Of a stretch of DNA of 64,000 nucleotides, positions 63,003 through 64,000 are shown piece by piece. The stretch comes from Gammaproteobacteria bacterium (lineage in GTDB: Bacteria > Pseudomonadota > Gammaproteobacteria > CAJXQU01). Position 1 is the first letter of the stretch. Each line of letters begins with the position of its first letter. The notes beneath the pieces are model-generated. The model did no database searches and was not told where the DNA came from. It saw only the letters and a list, made by a program, of their open reading frames with translations. The DNA is taken from positions 11,297-75,296 of the forward strand of contig CBDDAG010000003.1 of NCBI GenBank assembly GCA_965224825.1. Reading direction: 5' to 3'. The position numbers and the translations under genes are program-made.

Positions 63003-63974
63003 TTAACTGAAAGACTGATTAAGTAACTTCTCGTCAAGTTTACCTGCATGGAAACTCTTACCTGTCTTAACCGAAGAAACCGTCACTTTTGCAGGGCTGA
63101 ATAACATCGGATCGATTTTATAAAAATCGTAACCAGAGTCTTTGAAAATATCTGCAAATGGTTTGCCATAGTCTTTTGAAGAACTACTTGGCAGATTCTT
63201 CGCTAAATCTTCAGCGGCATCATTTTCGGCATCGACGAACAGATGAACCTCTCCACCAAACAGGATCGAATCATTGGTACGACCCATCGCTTTCACAAAA
63301 TCCTGATGCGGAGGAGAAACTGGAGCGGTGGCAAAACCGTCAACAATTTGATCCAGAGGGAAATGTAATTCGTGTGCCTTGTGCAAAGAAGTCTCAAGCG
63401 AACGTGCGACAACTTGTACGCCACCAGCAAGACTTGAAGTCGGCGTTAAAATGATGGTTAAGTTTTCTGCATTAACCTTACAACGTTCAGCGATTTCATC
63501 CGCCAATTCTGCTGGTGGATTTTTGTCTACTTCGATCACCATGATCGCTGTATCGCTCTTGTCTTTATAACCCAGCTCTTCGAAAAGAGGCTCACTACTA
63601 CCCAGCGCACGTGCAGGCCCAGAACCTAAAGCCATAAATTTTTCCTTACCTTCACCGTGTGACAAACTCCAACCAGCATATTGACTGGCAAGACAGGCAA
63701 GCACCGGATTAGAAGTATAAACATCGATACTCGTTCCCCAGTTTTTAAAGGTGTTGCTTGAACTAAAACGAACTTCACCCAGACCGCCGAGACAAATTTC
63801 ACCGACCAGTCGCCCCGCTTCCAGACCACCTGGTACTTTTACTCCGGCATCAATCACTGTTGTTCCGTTAGACAGTTTTTCGACTCCGAGTCGTAACGCT
63901 TCTGCATTATCGATCATCTTTTGTGCAATAGGAGCCGCCAGTTGGTTTACGCTTGGTTTGAATTGTTGTGTCAT
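63003..63974 (-). CDS. mch: methenyltetrahydromethanopterin cyclohydrolase
   Basis: 323 aa. [46 protein letters not shown] is typical Mch. Island context with fae. Confidence 0.88.
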   Translation of the reverse strand: MTQQFKPSVNQLAAPIAQKMIDNAEALRLGVEKLSNGTTVIDAGVKVPGGLEAGRLVGEICLGGLGEVRFSSSNTFKNWGTSIDVYTSNPVLACLASQYAGWSLSHGEGKEKFMALGSGPARALGSSEPLFEELGYKDKSDTAIMVIEVDKNPPAELADEIAERCKVNAENLTIILTPTSSLAGGVQVVARSLETSLHKAHELHFPLDQIVDGFATAPVSPPHQDFVKAMGRTNDSILFGGEVHLFVDAENDAAEDLAKNLPSSSSKDYGKPFADIFKDSGYDFYKIDPMLFSPAKVTVSSVKTGKSFHAGKLDEKLLNQSFS

Positions 63975-64000
63975 ATTAGCTTTACTCGTTTTTTTATATT

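Overview
The window reads as gammaproteobacterial chromosomal backbone with about 58 protein genes and no rRNA genes, intact tRNA genes, CRISPR arrays, transposases or integrases. My guess is a marine methylotroph such as Methylophaga, which cannot be verified here.

Gene content, left to right:
- 1-2386: a split B12-dependent acyl-CoA mutase and a TetR regulator. These are followed by about 770 bp of non-coding DNA that ends in an orphan 3' half of a tRNA-Arg gene.
- 2387-20254, all on the minus strand: the classical cluster rpsB-tsf-pyrH-frr-uppS-cdsA-dxr-rseP-bamA-skp-lpxD-fabZ-lpxA-lpxB-rnhB-dnaE.
- 20459-26538, plus strand: a tightly coupled string of map-glnD-mutH-dusA and a phytase-like esterase.
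- 26542-40972: a THI-box controlled thiC-moaB pair, then a pcm-like/rhodanese/tolC group. LPS core genes waaA-hldD-hldE, dsbC and a PlsC-like acyltransferase follow.
- 43396-49142: a LysR gene divergent from a Cys-type NAD-linked formate dehydrogenase (fused FdsG/FdsB plus FdsA).
- 50452-53565: rlmB and ffh.
- 55698-63974: an H4MPT/methylofuran C1-transfer island containing mch, a RimK-like ligase, a CitG-like gene, fae, a HisA/F-like gene, an ATP-grasp gene, a hydantoinase-like gene, pabB and an amino-acid-kinase-like gene.

Things worth a second look:
- GATC is strongly over-represented across the backbone, and mutH sits in the window. Local GATC-poor patches stand out against this.
- A three-member paralogous family of leaderless, C-terminally membrane-anchored coiled-coil proteins (40953-41642, 41891-43258, 53775-55607). 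Two of them carry perfect in-frame tandem repeats and all sit in GATC-poor DNA.
- The orphan tRNA-Arg 3' half looks like an integration scar.
- A 158-bp imperfect inverted repeat fills the pyrH-frr spacer.
- Two divergent H4MPT-island genes have start codons that abut inside a perfect 16-bp palindrome.

I found no recognisable defence system or mobile element. All homology calls come from motif recognition by eye and all counts are hand counts.
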